Source: Zancudomyces culisetae HAW-14-8
Taxonomy: Eukaryota; Fungi; Kickxellomycota
Assembly: GCA_052426225.1 (NCBI GenBank)
Contig: JBNJNM010000012.1
Location: 1,364,001-1,428,000 of the forward strand
Direction: 5' to 3'
DNA length: 64,000 nt
Below the pieces are notes generated by a model, which did no database searches, was not told the DNA's origin, and saw only the letters and a program-made list of their open reading frames with translations. Below, in pieces: positions 1-13,300 of the stretch. The translations under genes were made by a program, and so were the position numbers. How positions within the stretch are numbered: position 1 is the first letter of the stretch; the number at the start of each line of letters is the position of its first letter.

Positions 1-490
1 CCTGTTCCTGTTCTTGTCCTTGTTCTTGTTCTTGTGCCTGCTCATTTGAAGGTTCGACCGCCTCTTCCATGTGCTCTGTTTGTAGCTGACCTGAATCGAC
101 TTCCATTTTTTCTTGAGCTTCTATTTCATCTTTCTTGCCAATTTTATTTTCATTTTTACTAGTATTTTCCTGTTTATCATCACCACTACATCTATTAGCT
201 ATATCGTTTACATTGCTGTCACTTTTACTATTAGTACTGTTATTATTATTGTTATTATTATTGTTATTATTCGTAGCACTGATGCTAGTGCTAGTGCTAG
301 TGCTTGTGCTGGTACTGGTACTGGTACTGGTACTGGTACCGGTGCTGGATGTGTTTATATGTGGATTTAAATTTAATTGCAACTTCGAGCTAGTGGCTGA
401 GTTTGCATTTTCATTATCTAGCTCAGAGGTCTCCTCTCTAATTTTCTTGCTGGCTCTCCTTTCTTCGTCTTCAAAGCCATTTCTATCCAT
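1..490 (-). CDS. 5' part of an unknown protein with low-complexity N-terminus (continues beyond window start)
   Basis: ATG at 490 opens a minus-strand frame MDRNGFEDEERRASKKIREETSELDNENANSATSSKL...(TS)n...(N)n...EQEQGQEQEQ with no stop before position 1; the + strand ORFs at 113-509 are its shadows. Confidence 0.75.
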   Translation of the reverse strand, partial: MDRNGFEDEERRASKKIREETSELDNENANSATSSKLQLNLNPHINTSSTGTSTSTSTSTSTSTSTSTSISATNNNNNNNNNNNSTNSKSDSNVNDIANRCSGDDKQENTSKNENKIGKKDEIEAQEKMEVDSGQLQTEHMEEAVEPSNEQAQEQEQGQEQEQ

Positions 491-1945
491 TTTTCTTTAT
501 GATTCCTGATTCTATTACTTTGAGTTCTAGGTGGGAATGGGTTGGGTTTGGTTGGGTTGGGATGTGGAGGGAGAGGGGTGGGGAAAGTCAAACCTGTTTT
601 GTTTATTCCTTATTTTAGTACACGTATAGCTCTATTTTATTATTTCTTTTTTTTTTTTATCTGGTCCAATTCTTGGGTTTTTCAAATAATTATTTGCGAA
701 TTAGTAAATTAATTTGCTAATTAATTATTAAACAGAATACACAATCAAGTAATAGTTTTATTTTATTTTTACTTATTTTTTAACTCTTTTGAAATATTGT
801 CAATAATCCTTCCTCCCTCTTCCTCCCTCCCCCTAATACTTGCAACAACTTTATGTTTGAGAAGGAAACAAAACTATTGCAAATTGACATGCAAAAAAAA
901 GTTTGGTGTTTTGTCTGTTCTTTATTTTCTCGTCACATTTCTAACTCCTTTGAATAATATCTTTAAAATGTATCATTTCCAAACTAATCTTTGTACTCTA
1001 TTCTTGCCTTTTTGGATATTATTAGTATTATTCCCTTGGTTTGCTACAAAAAATATATAAAAATACATGGCACTTATTCTATAGCCGTTTACCCACTTTA
1101 TCACCCACCCCTTTTCTCACTCCTTCTCCAACTCCTTCTAATCATGAAAAAATGTATGTATATTTTCCTAGTCACATAATCAATTGTATTCAATATTCAA
1201 AAATTTCAAGGGGAAAGAAAGGTGAAAAGTGAGTTTTTTCATACTGTTTTTTTCTGCTTTATTTATATACACTTAATTCACTAACCCTTCCTCAGCATTG
1301 ATTAAAAGTGTTGTTTGCATAAACCTTCAAGTGAACCAATACATTCAGATATCCTAGTAGCAATAAAAAAAGTTAGATAGCTTGGAAGTGTTCTATCCCC
1401 AAGTGTTCGTGTTCGTATCCGTGTCTGTGTTTGTGTTTTTTTAAGATCATTCAAACTTTTTGATAACTTGTACTCTTCTCTAATTATGTCTATGGTCTCC
1501 CTTACCTACCAGTGACATCAGATTTTAACAACATCTAGTTAGTATTTCTTGTACTTTACTTCATTTTAGCCTGGTAGGGTCATATAGAAATGACATGCTT
1601 TAAAACACATAAATCAAAGCTAAAGTAACCTTATTTTTTGTCAAAAAACCAAGAGCAAATAAATGAACCAAGTTTTATCTCCGAATATGTTGTGAACCTT
1701 AAATACAAAATATATGTACTGCTAAATAAAAAATTGTATAAATATTACACGAAAACCAATAACCATCGATAAAAAAAAACGGAACTACTACCGAGTTTCT
1801 TATCCACATATTTCATACTTTTGTTGGTAGCTAGATTTAACACGAAATATGCTAAAATAAGTATAAGCGATGCTCAAACCCATGACCATTCTTGGTGTCT
1901 AATGTTCTTATTTTTTCTTTTCGGTTTTATCTTAGGCTTGTGGAG

Positions 1946-3622
1946 CTATCTCTTGTTTTTATTTGCATATACATCTAAGCTATGCGAAAGCTCCATACCA
2001 TAGTCACTATGGTCAACGTCGCTCTGGAAATCATTATCAGTACTTCCACTACTTAGCTTCTTATTTTGATCAGCCAGACCAAGCTCGACGTCGTGAAGTA
2101 TTGTAACACTTGAAAATTTATCGAATGGATTTTTCCGCATTGAGGTATTTTCATAAAGTTTTTCGGATTCAATATCTAGTGAACCCGAATCTGCCCGTTT
2201 ACCACCACCATTATTATTATTGTTGTTGATATTGTTATGATGTTTGTGTTTAGTGGTATTATTGTTAAGGTCATCCTTGCTGGTAGAACCTTCAGTTGTT
2301 GTTGGAAGTGGTGGGATATACGTCAAGGCATAGTTCAATAGCTGGAGCTTTATGGGGTCTTCAAGAGGAATAATCGGAGGTGCACGATGCCTTAAAAGGG
2401 CCCAAGTAATCCCTGAAAACCACGGTGCAGTCTTTATATCACTTGCACCACCTTTTCTACCTAATCGAGTAGTATCATTTTTTATTAGTAACTTTCTAAT
2501 CAGTGATTTGCAGGTCGAGGAGATCTCCTGGGTTGTTGGAAAGACTACTTCAGACTTCAAAATGTTTCTGAATGTTGTGTTTCGGTCCTTGCCCTTGAAC
2601 GGAGTTGTTCCAAATAACATCTCAAAAATCAAAATCCCCAAGGTCCACCAATCTACCGCTGCAGTATGGCCTACACCACGTATCACTTCTGGAGCAATGT
2701 ATTCTTCAGTACCAACAAAGCTGTTTGTCCTGAGAGCGGCTGTGCACGAACGAGTATCAAGAGCCATGTATGATGTAAACATATTTCCAATTTTCATGAT
2801 GGTAGGCGGGCCAGGTGGGCTGGATTGTTTCGACAAGTCAAAGTCGGTCAACATTATATGTCCTGTTTCGTGAAGTAAAATGTTTTCGGGCTTCAAGTCG
2901 CGATACACAAACCCGTTCAAATGCAGGTATTCCAACGCGCACGTGACTTCTGCCGCATAGAACTTGGTGTCTTCTTCGCTCAAACACTTGCCTGGCCGGG
3001 ACTGTAATACGCGGAAAAACTCGCCGCCCAGACAGTAGTCCATGCAGAAATACAGTCGTCGCTCCGATTGAAAGCTATGGTACAACGTCACAACAAAAGG
3101 GAAATTAGCTGTACTAAGGATTTCCTGCTCAGCCAACACACGCTTGATTTTATTTCGTCGAATCATTTCTTCTTTATTCAACACTTTCATCGCATACAAC
3201 TTGTGCGTTTCTTTTTCCCGTACCAAATACACTTTGCCAACATCACCCATCCCAAGAAGCTTTATTTTGGTGAACGATGATGGTCCTACTTTAACCTTGT
3301 GGATCTTCATCGAATTTGACGAATATGTTCGCCTTATTGATACAGTACCTGATTGTCTGAGTGTGGTAGTTGCGCTATTGGTGCTTGACTCTCTCACCGC
3401 TGCTACAGGTGCTGATCTAACTGCTACCATTTTTTCTCCATTTTCCTTTTTTATTTCTAGATTACCTTTCTCTACATCGAACAGTTTTTCTTTCATGAAA
3501 TCTATTTTTGTTTCGTACTTGAACATCATCCCATATTCATCCTTTTCTGTTCTTTTATTGTGATGTGTTGGCAATGGCATTGCTATTTTGCCACTTGCCA
3601 TCCCTCCATTTATCGCATGCAT
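1946..3622 (-). CDS. AGC-family Ser/Thr kinase, Fpk1/Kin82/Nrc-2 (flippase kinase) type
   Basis: GMGDVGKV P-loop, [19 protein letters not shown] variant (LTDFDLSK), [21 protein letters not shown]; the ORF-track start at 3715 is TTG and the first in-frame ATG is at 3622. Confidence 0.93.
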   Translation of the reverse strand: MHAINGGMASGKIAMPLPTHHNKRTEKDEYGMMFKYETKIDFMKEKLFDVEKGNLEIKKENGEKMVAVRSAPVAAVRESSTNSATTTLRQSGTVSIRRTYSSNSMKIHKVKVGPSSFTKIKLLGMGDVGKVYLVREKETHKLYAMKVLNKEEMIRRNKIKRVLAEQEILSTANFPFVVTLYHSFQSERRLYFCMDYCLGGEFFRVLQSRPGKCLSEEDTKFYAAEVTCALEYLHLNGFVYRDLKPENILLHETGHIMLTDFDLSKQSSPPGPPTIMKIGNMFTSYMALDTRSCTAALRTNSFVGTEEYIAPEVIRGVGHTAAVDWWTLGILIFEMLFGTTPFKGKDRNTTFRNILKSEVVFPTTQEISSTCKSLIRKLLIKNDTTRLGRKGGASDIKTAPWFSGITWALLRHRAPPIIPLEDPIKLQLLNYALTYIPPLPTTTEGSTSKDDLNNNTTKHKHHNNINNNNNNGGGKRADSGSLDIESEKLYENTSMRKNPFDKFSSVTILHDVELGLADQNKKLSSGSTDNDFQSDVDHSDYGMELSHSLDVYANKNKR

Positions 3623-6600
3623 GTTTATTTTTCTTGTACTCTTAATATTTGATATTTGATATTTCTCGCCTATTTTATTGACTTTATTCTCTGTTTCGTT
3701 GATGCTGAAATCCAAAATGATGTCTATCCTTCTTATTTTTTATGTTCTATCGTCCTGGATGCTTCCCTGTCCCCCCTTTCGATAGTAAAATGTATGTGCA
3801 CGTATAAGTATGCTTATACGTGGGATAACCGCTTAAGTGCTTGGTTTGCCTTTATTCCCACTTTATATTCAACAATTAAATTCTATATAGATTCAAAGTT
3901 ATTTCCCGAGCTTCGTTGAATATACTGTATTGTTATTGTATTGGTTTATCCACTTTCCCCTTTTCTTGTTGATTCCCCGTGGTCTCAAAGAATAGGCTAA
4001 GGGGATACTGGGATAAAAGTTGAGTGTTTGTACAAGTAATTAAATAGCGTGTCCAATCACTTTGAATTAAAATATATACATTATAGTACGCAGTTATATA
4101 TGTATTGTTAGATGGGATGTGTTACAAAAGAGGCTGTTGTTGATTTTTATTCCTTATCCCATACCTTCTTAGAAATTCAATCTGTAATATTGTTGGTAAG
4201 GATGCGTTTCTTGGGTGTTTTGGAAAATGTGATTTATCACAATAAGCACTGTTTTACGAGTATTTTTTTCTTTTTTTGCACAAATACTTTTATCTGCTAT
4301 TCATAATTAAATTATTTTTTAGTGGATGAATTGGATGAATGCCTGATTATTTCAGTTCTTATATAGCACTGATTCGCCAGTAATTATTTTGGCTTTCTCG
4401 AATAAATGTAATTCCCAAAGATTCTTTGTTATTTTATTAGCCATCAACTACTCCAAAAATAAAAATCACATATTGTTAGATGAAGAGAGGAACGGAAGCT
4501 TTTTTTTTCAGTAATTGCTCTATTTTTCACAAAACATCAATTAACCATAATACGCTACAATCAAACAAATACAGACATCCTCATATCGTAAAATTTGCCC
4601 TAAAGGGTTGCATTTTATCACCTTTGTTTTTTTTTCCATTTTCTTTATTTCATTAATTCCGCCTTTGTTTAACCTCGCATCTTCAGACAAATGAGCGTGC
4701 CCATTAGCTTTGTGCTAGGATTAATGCTTACCTCTTGTTTGCCATACCTTTGAAAATAGCAACAAAAAAGTCACACCAATTTTAAAAATTGGGGATAATT
4801 AAATTGGGGCAACTATTTGCCTGCAAATGTTAATAAACAAGTCTTTTTTTCACAGCCTCTACCAATTACCACCAAATTTTTTGTTCACTTTGGTTCAAGT
4901 GTACAAAATATGTGATTATGGCAAATCGGCGAATTATTTTTTTTTACAATTATTTAGCCAACCCTAATACTTCTTGCTCTAAGGATGTGATTTCGATGTT
5001 TTTTAGGTTATTCAATTTTCTCAGATCTCCCGCTTAATTGGATACGCCTGGCCACGTTTACTATGACATTTTTTGCCAGAACTTAAATTATCTAAGCGTC
5101 ATTTTAAGCATTATTAGAATATACTGAATTATGTTCGCGACCTCTTCCCATTAGCAATCAGCTTTTCACAACAGTATTGTTATTAATCCTTCCAGAAATT
5201 TTGCTCTATTCTCTACACTATACCTAAATGATGCAGCGTAAAGGAAATATTTTTAGACTATCTTGGTTTTCAGCCATTCTCTATCCAAGTTTGCTGATTT
5301 AAAGCTCTTACTTTCCTTTTCAAATGTGCATACCCATACTTCTTTACACCAAGGTCCATAGTTTTGGTTTTATTTATCATAAATGGAACCGATTTTTTTT
5401 ACCAAGTAATTGTTGCTAATTCCCAGTTACAACGTCAGCTGGACCGTTTGTTGTGATATTGGCAAACTTGGGGAATACATATGGTTGTTATTATTTATGA
5501 TTCTTAGTACTTTTTTTTTTGCGAAACAGTGTTCTGGACATTGATGATAATAATACCACCCCTTTTGCATATAAATTAGCTGTGTAAGCTATTCAGATCT
5601 TTTAACAATAACTTTTGTATAATTCATAATCTTATACGCAAAAACATGCTGAACAAGAAAGAACGAGGAGGCGTAAACATAGCCTCTATGTAAAAAAAAA
5701 ATTGCGAGCTTCTGATGATCTTTGGAGTATATCACTTTTTCTCTGGTTTTATTCTTCTTGGATAACTTTAGGCTTTTTATACGATGCGTTACACTGTGCA
5801 ATAATTTAAACAAAAACACCCCCCCCTTTTATCTCTAAACTAATATAAACTAATGATGGACTGCCTTTTTGAAGTCTACCCATGCTTGTGGAGTCACTTA
5901 CATCCGAGAGTGTATCAATAGTTTGTTTTACACAATTCCGAAAGTTAATACATTTACACACTTATGGGATTATATCTGGTATTATTAGGTTTGTACCTTG
6001 TATCTGAGAGGATGGTGGTATTAATGAAGTTGTCATAATCATTATTTTTCTTGATAAGATTGAGAAATGTACTTATTGCCATATGACAGGTACACTACAT
6101 ATGCGTTTAGATGTTGCATTGTAAACACAGGCGCACAATCAGTTAGTCTGTAATTATACAAATATTCATACTATAGTTCACCCAACTGTAGTAGCACAAA
6201 AATATTGCAAAAATACCGCTACAACATCATACTACAAATTACCAGACACACTGGAAAGAAAAAAGCATAGTTAGGGTAGAATCCACAGTGTATTGCATGT
6301 AAAAATAGGGGAAAAGTGTAGCGGGAATATGCCCATATGATACTTGACCAATGGTCTTGGATCTCTTGACCTATAAATTGTCGAATATAACTAGTGCAGC
6401 ACAACAAAGATGGTTCGCTTTATAAAAGTACAATTATCATATAAACGTGCGATGATGCTATTTTAAAACTAAACTCGAGTCAACGTGCCTTAGTCTACCT
6501 GCGAGTTTTGCTGTCCATGTATTTCCACCGGTCTTAAAGAAGTGATAGTGCTGCCCATGTTTTATACAACCATACCCAAATATAGTCTGGCATTTTTGCT

Positions 6601-7309
6601 GCGACTGCAAAGCGCTTTTCTCAAGCATTAATTTTATGTGTTTATTTGGTTGTTTATTTTATCAAAGCTTCTTGAGTTCTCCTGTCGAATGGTTCAGTTA
6701 ATACCTGAATTATACATAAAATATATGGCACAAGGCTCATAAAAAAGCCAATAAAAACCAAGAAATGCAGAGCGCCTTTTGAAAATGCACAAATGTGGCT
6801 CCAGTTCTAATTGGTGGTCAATTATCATTTTCAAGTGTACCTGCCAGTAGATACTACAAAAATCGTTTGATTTTTCGTATATTTTGTAATCATTGTTGCC
6901 AAATTCCGAAAGCATAATAGGAGGAAAGGGGAAAACGAAAAGTTGGTGCAATTAAGCTGTATGATATATTTGATTCGCAAATAAAAGCTAAGGGATCGTT
7001 TTTGCAACTAAACTCTGCAGTTATTTGTGCGAAACTATATATATGAAGCTTAAGGGTTTACATTAAAGTATTCTAGAACACTAAAAGTTCCTGAAGGTTC
7101 CAAAATAAGCTAGAGTAAGGTAGATACGATCAAACACAAAGAGTTTAGAAAAAAGGAAGACAAAGGAAGCAACACAAAAAAAAATATTCAATTAACTTGA
7201 AATTGCTTTTTTTTTCGAGAATAATAGGGCTTATACTATTCCTTCAGTATCAGTCAGTCTAAACAGATAAAAACCTTAACATAATTTTGAGCTAATCCGG
7301 AACGAATAA

Positions 7310-10300
7310 ATGAAGTCTATAATAAAACAAAAAAATACCACAAAAAAAAGGTATGATCACCCAGAATATGAAAAGTTGCTAGATTCAGAACGATTCTTGA
7401 CAAAATGTAGGGAGAGTTGTAATCTGGAGCATGTAAAACAGCAAAATTACATGTACATATCACGTGGAGTGGGTGAAAAGTTACACGAAATGGAGACCAA
7501 CAAGGAGAAAAAAAAGTATTACGAGGAGCGAGATTGGATAACAAAGAAAACCGGAATAGCGGCAGAAGTACGAAGAAGAAGGGTCCATGCATATAAAAAG
7601 TATCTTGGTTTTCTAGAGTTTATAGAGTTTCTGAGTGAAAATGAGGCTGTTTATGTGTATATAGTATATTCAGAAGAGATATTTGAGGTAGTGTACGCAA
7701 GGATTTTGGAAGTGCTCAAGTATATCGATACAGACGAAGGAGATAAAATTATTGCGGTTGTGGAAAGCAGAATACAAGATTTGATAGAAGCAGTGGGAAA
7801 CCTGAGAAATTTATTTTACTTTGTTCCGTATAAGTTGGGAAAGGGGTGGAAGAAAGCGGAAATACTGGAAGTGCTAAAGTTGTTGTTAAACCAGGGCAAC
7901 AATATGGAACTTAGGGTTTTTGGGTTCAAACTCTTGCTCCAGTACATAAACTGTATTTCTTTTGGGAGCATTACGAATGAGGAAAAGAAAGAAGCAGACG
8001 ATGAGAAGGGGGTGAGGGTAAAAAGCAAAGATAGACTCAAGCATAATATTAAAGAGTCGTTATTTGAAGACGTTGAGGCTTTATTCAATAGCAGTATCAT
8101 AATCAAATCTTTTGAAGAAAGCGAAATATGGAAGCACACGACCGTTGTAGGAGATGCGGCAATGAGTATTGCAGAGAGAAAGCAGGAATTTAACTTTGGT
8201 TATGGTCAGGAAATGATAGTAAGCAAGCTTTTTGGAGGGAAATCAGTATGTGGGTTTATTTCAGATAGTGAACTATGGGTGAGCTCACAAAGTTTGACAA
8301 GCACATTGATGTTAAAAATGATATTTGAAAACATTGTCTTTTTATCCACTGGGTTTAAATCCAAAGATGCATCCATATTGGCATCGATGCATGAGGATTG
8401 CTTGTTAAAGGGTGAATGGAGGGATAGAGGAGGTTTAATTTTTAATGGTGCGGGAAAAGGAAAATGGAACTACAAATACCTATTGAATAAGGAAGAGGTG
8501 GAGAATTCAACAAAGAGAATAATAAACATGGTATCTGCAAAGTATTTATCAGGTTTTCTGGCGCGGAGAAGCCAGGAAGGGGGTGATGTGATCGGAGAAA
8601 TTCCATTTATTGTTATGAATATGATGGCTGACCACGTTTACGAATGTATGCTTGAGAGTCGTTTGGAAAAAAACGTGTTATCAAAAGTGGTTGGAGGGCA
8701 GGGTTTTCTGGAAGTACCATTGCAAGAAAATAACAAATTCAACTGCAAAAAAATAAGGAAAAATTATTTTACTGAGAATGCAGTGATGTCAAAGTTTTTA
8801 AGGACCATCTCTACTGAAATATTGCGTATGAGTGCCACTAAATTACAAAAGTACATGGAAGTTGGAGATGATGCGAGAAAAGCTATAGAAAAACAGATAA
8901 GTGATACGAGGTTTGCGTCCCTGCTGATAATGTATCGAGCATTGAAATTGAGCAATCCATATTTGAATAGTGCAGGCGCAAAAGGCTGGCATGATACAAT
9001 GGTAGAATACATGGTGGTAATTAGGGGGTTTTTGCTCATATTAATAGATGAGTTGGATGCGAAAAATGGCAGTTTTAGTATGGAGAAACTAAGTCAATAT
9101 TATATATGTATAATGATATTCAGGATTATTTGGATTAATAGGCTCCTACCGATAGAGTTTAAAATTAATGAGTGTCTTGAGCTGATCAAGATAGGAAAGG
9201 TTTTAGCAGACAAGGGGATAAATGACGAACGAATGACGCTTCTTATGGAGGTTTTGGCAGAAGAGACTATTATTTTGAGCACTGGAGGCGGTAGCAAAGA
9301 GATGAGTGATCAGGTTTACAAGATGCTCAAGGAGTTACTTGCCAAATCACAAAGCAACGTTGCTGTGTACAATGTGTGGTCAAATACCCTTGAATCTCTT
9401 ACGCTTGCTGTGGCGAAACATTGCTACAAGGTAGATGAACTGGAGTTAATACAGGACTGTTTTTTTCCAGGGACCAGGAGAAAAGGTGGAGTAAAAGCAC
9501 TTAGAAGAGAGCTTGACATATCGTATCATAAATTACTTCTTGAGATGCAGAATTCAGGTGGGAATGGTGGTAAACAGGACAACAGCGGTATTTTCAGGGC
9601 CGATATGTACAAAAATTATAGTGTTGGTGGTGAGAATGCTGATACACGTGCTGCAGGGGATAAGAATAACGACAATGGATATGGTTACGAGGCTGTGGCA
9701 CCGTTTTCACTTTTCAGCAAAAAGAGTATGTGTGCGGTTGTCAAAATTGTTGAAGACTGTTACAAAAAGAGGAAGATTCCGGTTGAAAGTAAAATGGTTG
9801 TAAACGACGATGAAATCATAATTTATGAAAGAGTGGGTGGAGGTGTTGGAATCTATCAGAAGGGAATGTGTGAGCACAAAAGTCACCTCCAAGTTCGTGG
9901 TGACGATACACAAGGGGAAGATACTGGAGAAGATGAGTACAGCCATAATGTTAAGAACAAAAGTGCCGCTATACAGAAAAAGCAGAGTCTCTCTCAAAAA
10001 AAAAACCGAAACCAGCAAGAAGGTCAGTATTGTAATGAAGCTGGTGAATATTATTACGAAAACGGTAGTGGCGCAGAAACTGGGCAAGAGCCCTCTAGAG
10101 AAAAAAGTTCGGAGAATGAGCCTGTAGCAGTGCATGACAATGGAAATTTTAGAAATATCTGGGATGTAGAGGACATTGGTGACATAAATATTGTGGAGTT
10201 CAGTTCTAATTACCATATGTACTTCATGTGCGGTGTTCATTATGACAGTGGTGAAGAGTACTACGAGAAAGACGATGGGGATGGATATGAGGAGAATAGT

Positions 10301-13300
10301 ATAAATAATATCCCTGGAGAGAGTAGAAAATACGATCAAGAAGCAAACAAAAGTCGAATGGGTAACAAAAAGAAAAGGAAAAATAGAAAAATGATTGTTG
10401 ATTTTAGCAGAAAAAAAATTATCGCAGAAATGAGCGATGGAAGTAACTTGGTTGCTCAGAGAAAGAGGAATGAGGAGTATTTGAAAGGGGAGTTGTTGAA
10501 CAGTATTTCAAGTGGTATAATTGATGAGAGGAATGGTACATTTATACCGTTTATAGTACCCACGGGAAAATATTCTGAGATTTATGATCTGGTTATGGGT
10601 GTGGCCGACAATGAAACCCAATGTGACAAATGTAGAAAAAGCAAGAGTATAAAGAATAATGAAGCGCTAGCTATCTTGATAGGGCTATGGGATAAATGGT
10701 GGCAGCTGGTTACTGTTGGTAATACCATAAGAAGTGTAGGTGTTGACAATAATGCAAGACTAATAATAGTACGTGGGTTAGTTAGAGCATGGAGAATCGT
10801 AACTTGTGGCTTAGATCGGGTTGATTATTCAAATACACAGCTGGTTGATTTTATTAAGCATAAAATGGGAGTAGATTTGCGAGTTAGATACTCTCATTTG
10901 ATATTCAATGAAATCGAAAGAATCAACAACAATGTTATATTGATGGGTTTTCCTCAAAGTGGTTCTTTATACAATAATGAAAATGCCAACTTGGACTATA
11001 AAAAGAACCTTGTACAATCTTTAATACAGGGGGTGAGCCTGGTCTTTGGTCGTAGTTATCACAACGAGTATCCAATTCCGGTGATGTTCCAGGCATATTA
11101 TTCGAAATTGACATTAAAGATGTTGCTATTGTATTTAGAAAAGCTTGAGTACTTCAAAAAAACTTTTACAAAACTCACAGCAATAAAAAATTCCAAAAGT
11201 GACTTGGTTGTTGACAATTCGGGTTATGATGTCAAACATGGTGCAAATTCTATTACTACTATTACATCCGATATTGATACTGCGGGCGCTGTAAAAGATA
11301 TAGACACTGGTATCAATACCAAAAACACCAAAAAAGATGGTGGGATCAACAATGTGGAAAATGCTGACACAAGCGCTGAGCTAGATCTTGAAAGTAATAA
11401 AAACTATGTTATGGTTAGATATATAATGCAGGTGCTTTTGGAAAGCCTGGAGAGTATTTACGTTCATGATGTCCCAGGGAATGAAATATTGTTGCACACC
11501 TTATGTATGGTAGTAACCAGTCAATATACAGACGATATTAAAATCTCGCCAAGGCTGTTGACGTCCATTTTAACACTCTTAGGGACCATACTGACCACTA
11601 TCAGCACTGCAAACATATCAAACCCAGTCGGATCAGACCGAGTGGGGCAAGGTAGTTGTGAATCGATTGAAGATGAATATGTACTATTCAATAAGAACTA
11701 CCCAGTTGCTAAACTCGTACAAAAAAACACCAACGTTAGTGAACGAAATACAGGAAATGATAGCAACAATAGTAATAATGATAACAAAAGAGTAGAAGCT
11801 ATGAATATTGAGGTGAAGGTTGAGTACAAACTGATAAACATTAAACATGAATATGAAAGCGTGGCGTATAAGGTTTGCGAGAAGCTGGATTCAATAAACT
11901 GCGAGTTGTTTTCAATGTATTATGCGCCAAAAGAGATCGATTCTAGCTCACGGTTTGCGACTGGCAAGGATAGCAGACGCAAATTCACGAGCAGCAATGT
12001 TAATTTCAGTGGTGATAGAAATGGCGGGGACATCAGCAAAAATTGTGAAAGTAGAAAAGATAAGAGGCAGAAATTAAGGCAAGCTAAAAGGCATGAGCTT
12101 TTGGCAGCCAAAAGGGGACTGCTGAAAATTCTAGGATATATTATTATGCTGACGGTAAAAGTAAACAAAGCTGTTGTCGCAAATGTTCAAGGTGTTAAGG
12201 GTAATTCCAATGGTACAGCAAAACCACCTGATGTACTACACACAGGAAAGAGCAGGCTAGCACCAATAACGTTTATCAAAAGGCTTGTAGTTGACCCCGA
12301 GGGAATATTCGAGGATTTAATCGATACTGAAGATATCAGGGAGGACAACGAAGAGAAAAAACAAGAAAAAAAGAGAGAGATAGAGGAGAGAGAAAGTGAG
12401 ACAGTGGATATTAAGAGATATGCTCTTTTTTTAGCTCTAGAGGGATTATATTCTATGGATACGGAGTGTGTAGGAATAAGCATTGACACTATTGGGTTGG
12501 TCTTGGACGTACAAAGGTATAGCTTGAGCTCACACGCAAACAAAAGTGAAAACAATGATCAAAAAAATGTGTATGGAGACGAAAATACAAATAGCAATGT
12601 GCTAGATGATGAAGAGGAGTTCGAACCCAGCACTGTAGACATAATATGTAGACACATAGTATCAAGCTTTGACGAACAACTGAAAAGATTTTACTATTAT
12701 ACACTCAAGAACCCAAACAACAGTGACTACTTTTTATACAATGAGGTTGAAAGCGAAGGCGAGAATTATGGTGATGATTATGGTGAAGGTGGTGGTGAAG
12801 GTGATGGTGATGGTGGTATTAATGGAAGTGGTGTTGATAGTGAGACTGGGCTTAAAATAGATGATTTGAGATTAAAACGGGCAAAGGTGGCGTGTGATCT
12901 ATTACTTTTATTGCTTGGGATACTAAAAGCCAAACCTCGATACCTAGCCTTGGCTGTTGAAGATGCTGAAATGCAAAGCTTAGGCCGTGCCCAAAATCAA
13001 AACAAAAACAAAAACCAAAACCAAAAACACTCACAATATATCAAATCTACAGATGGTTTTAGGGGTAATAATAAGGCCAGTAACAATATCTATGAAAAGA
13101 CTGTCTGTGGTGAAAATGTTTCTTTGTTTGATATGTTGATTTCAAGCTTTACTTTTAAATTCGAGAATGACCCTGACCCGATAATCTTTACTGCTGGCAA
13201 GTTAAATAATAAAAAAACAAAAGATACAGGCGAGGATATTCATATTGTTCATGGTTATAAACTAGAAAAATCAAGAAACTCGAGAAAAAACGCCAGTAAA

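Noticed and set aside
113-509. + strand ORFs with poly-Leu/Val and GT repeats
   Set aside because: Antisense shadows of the microsatellite-rich minus-strand gene
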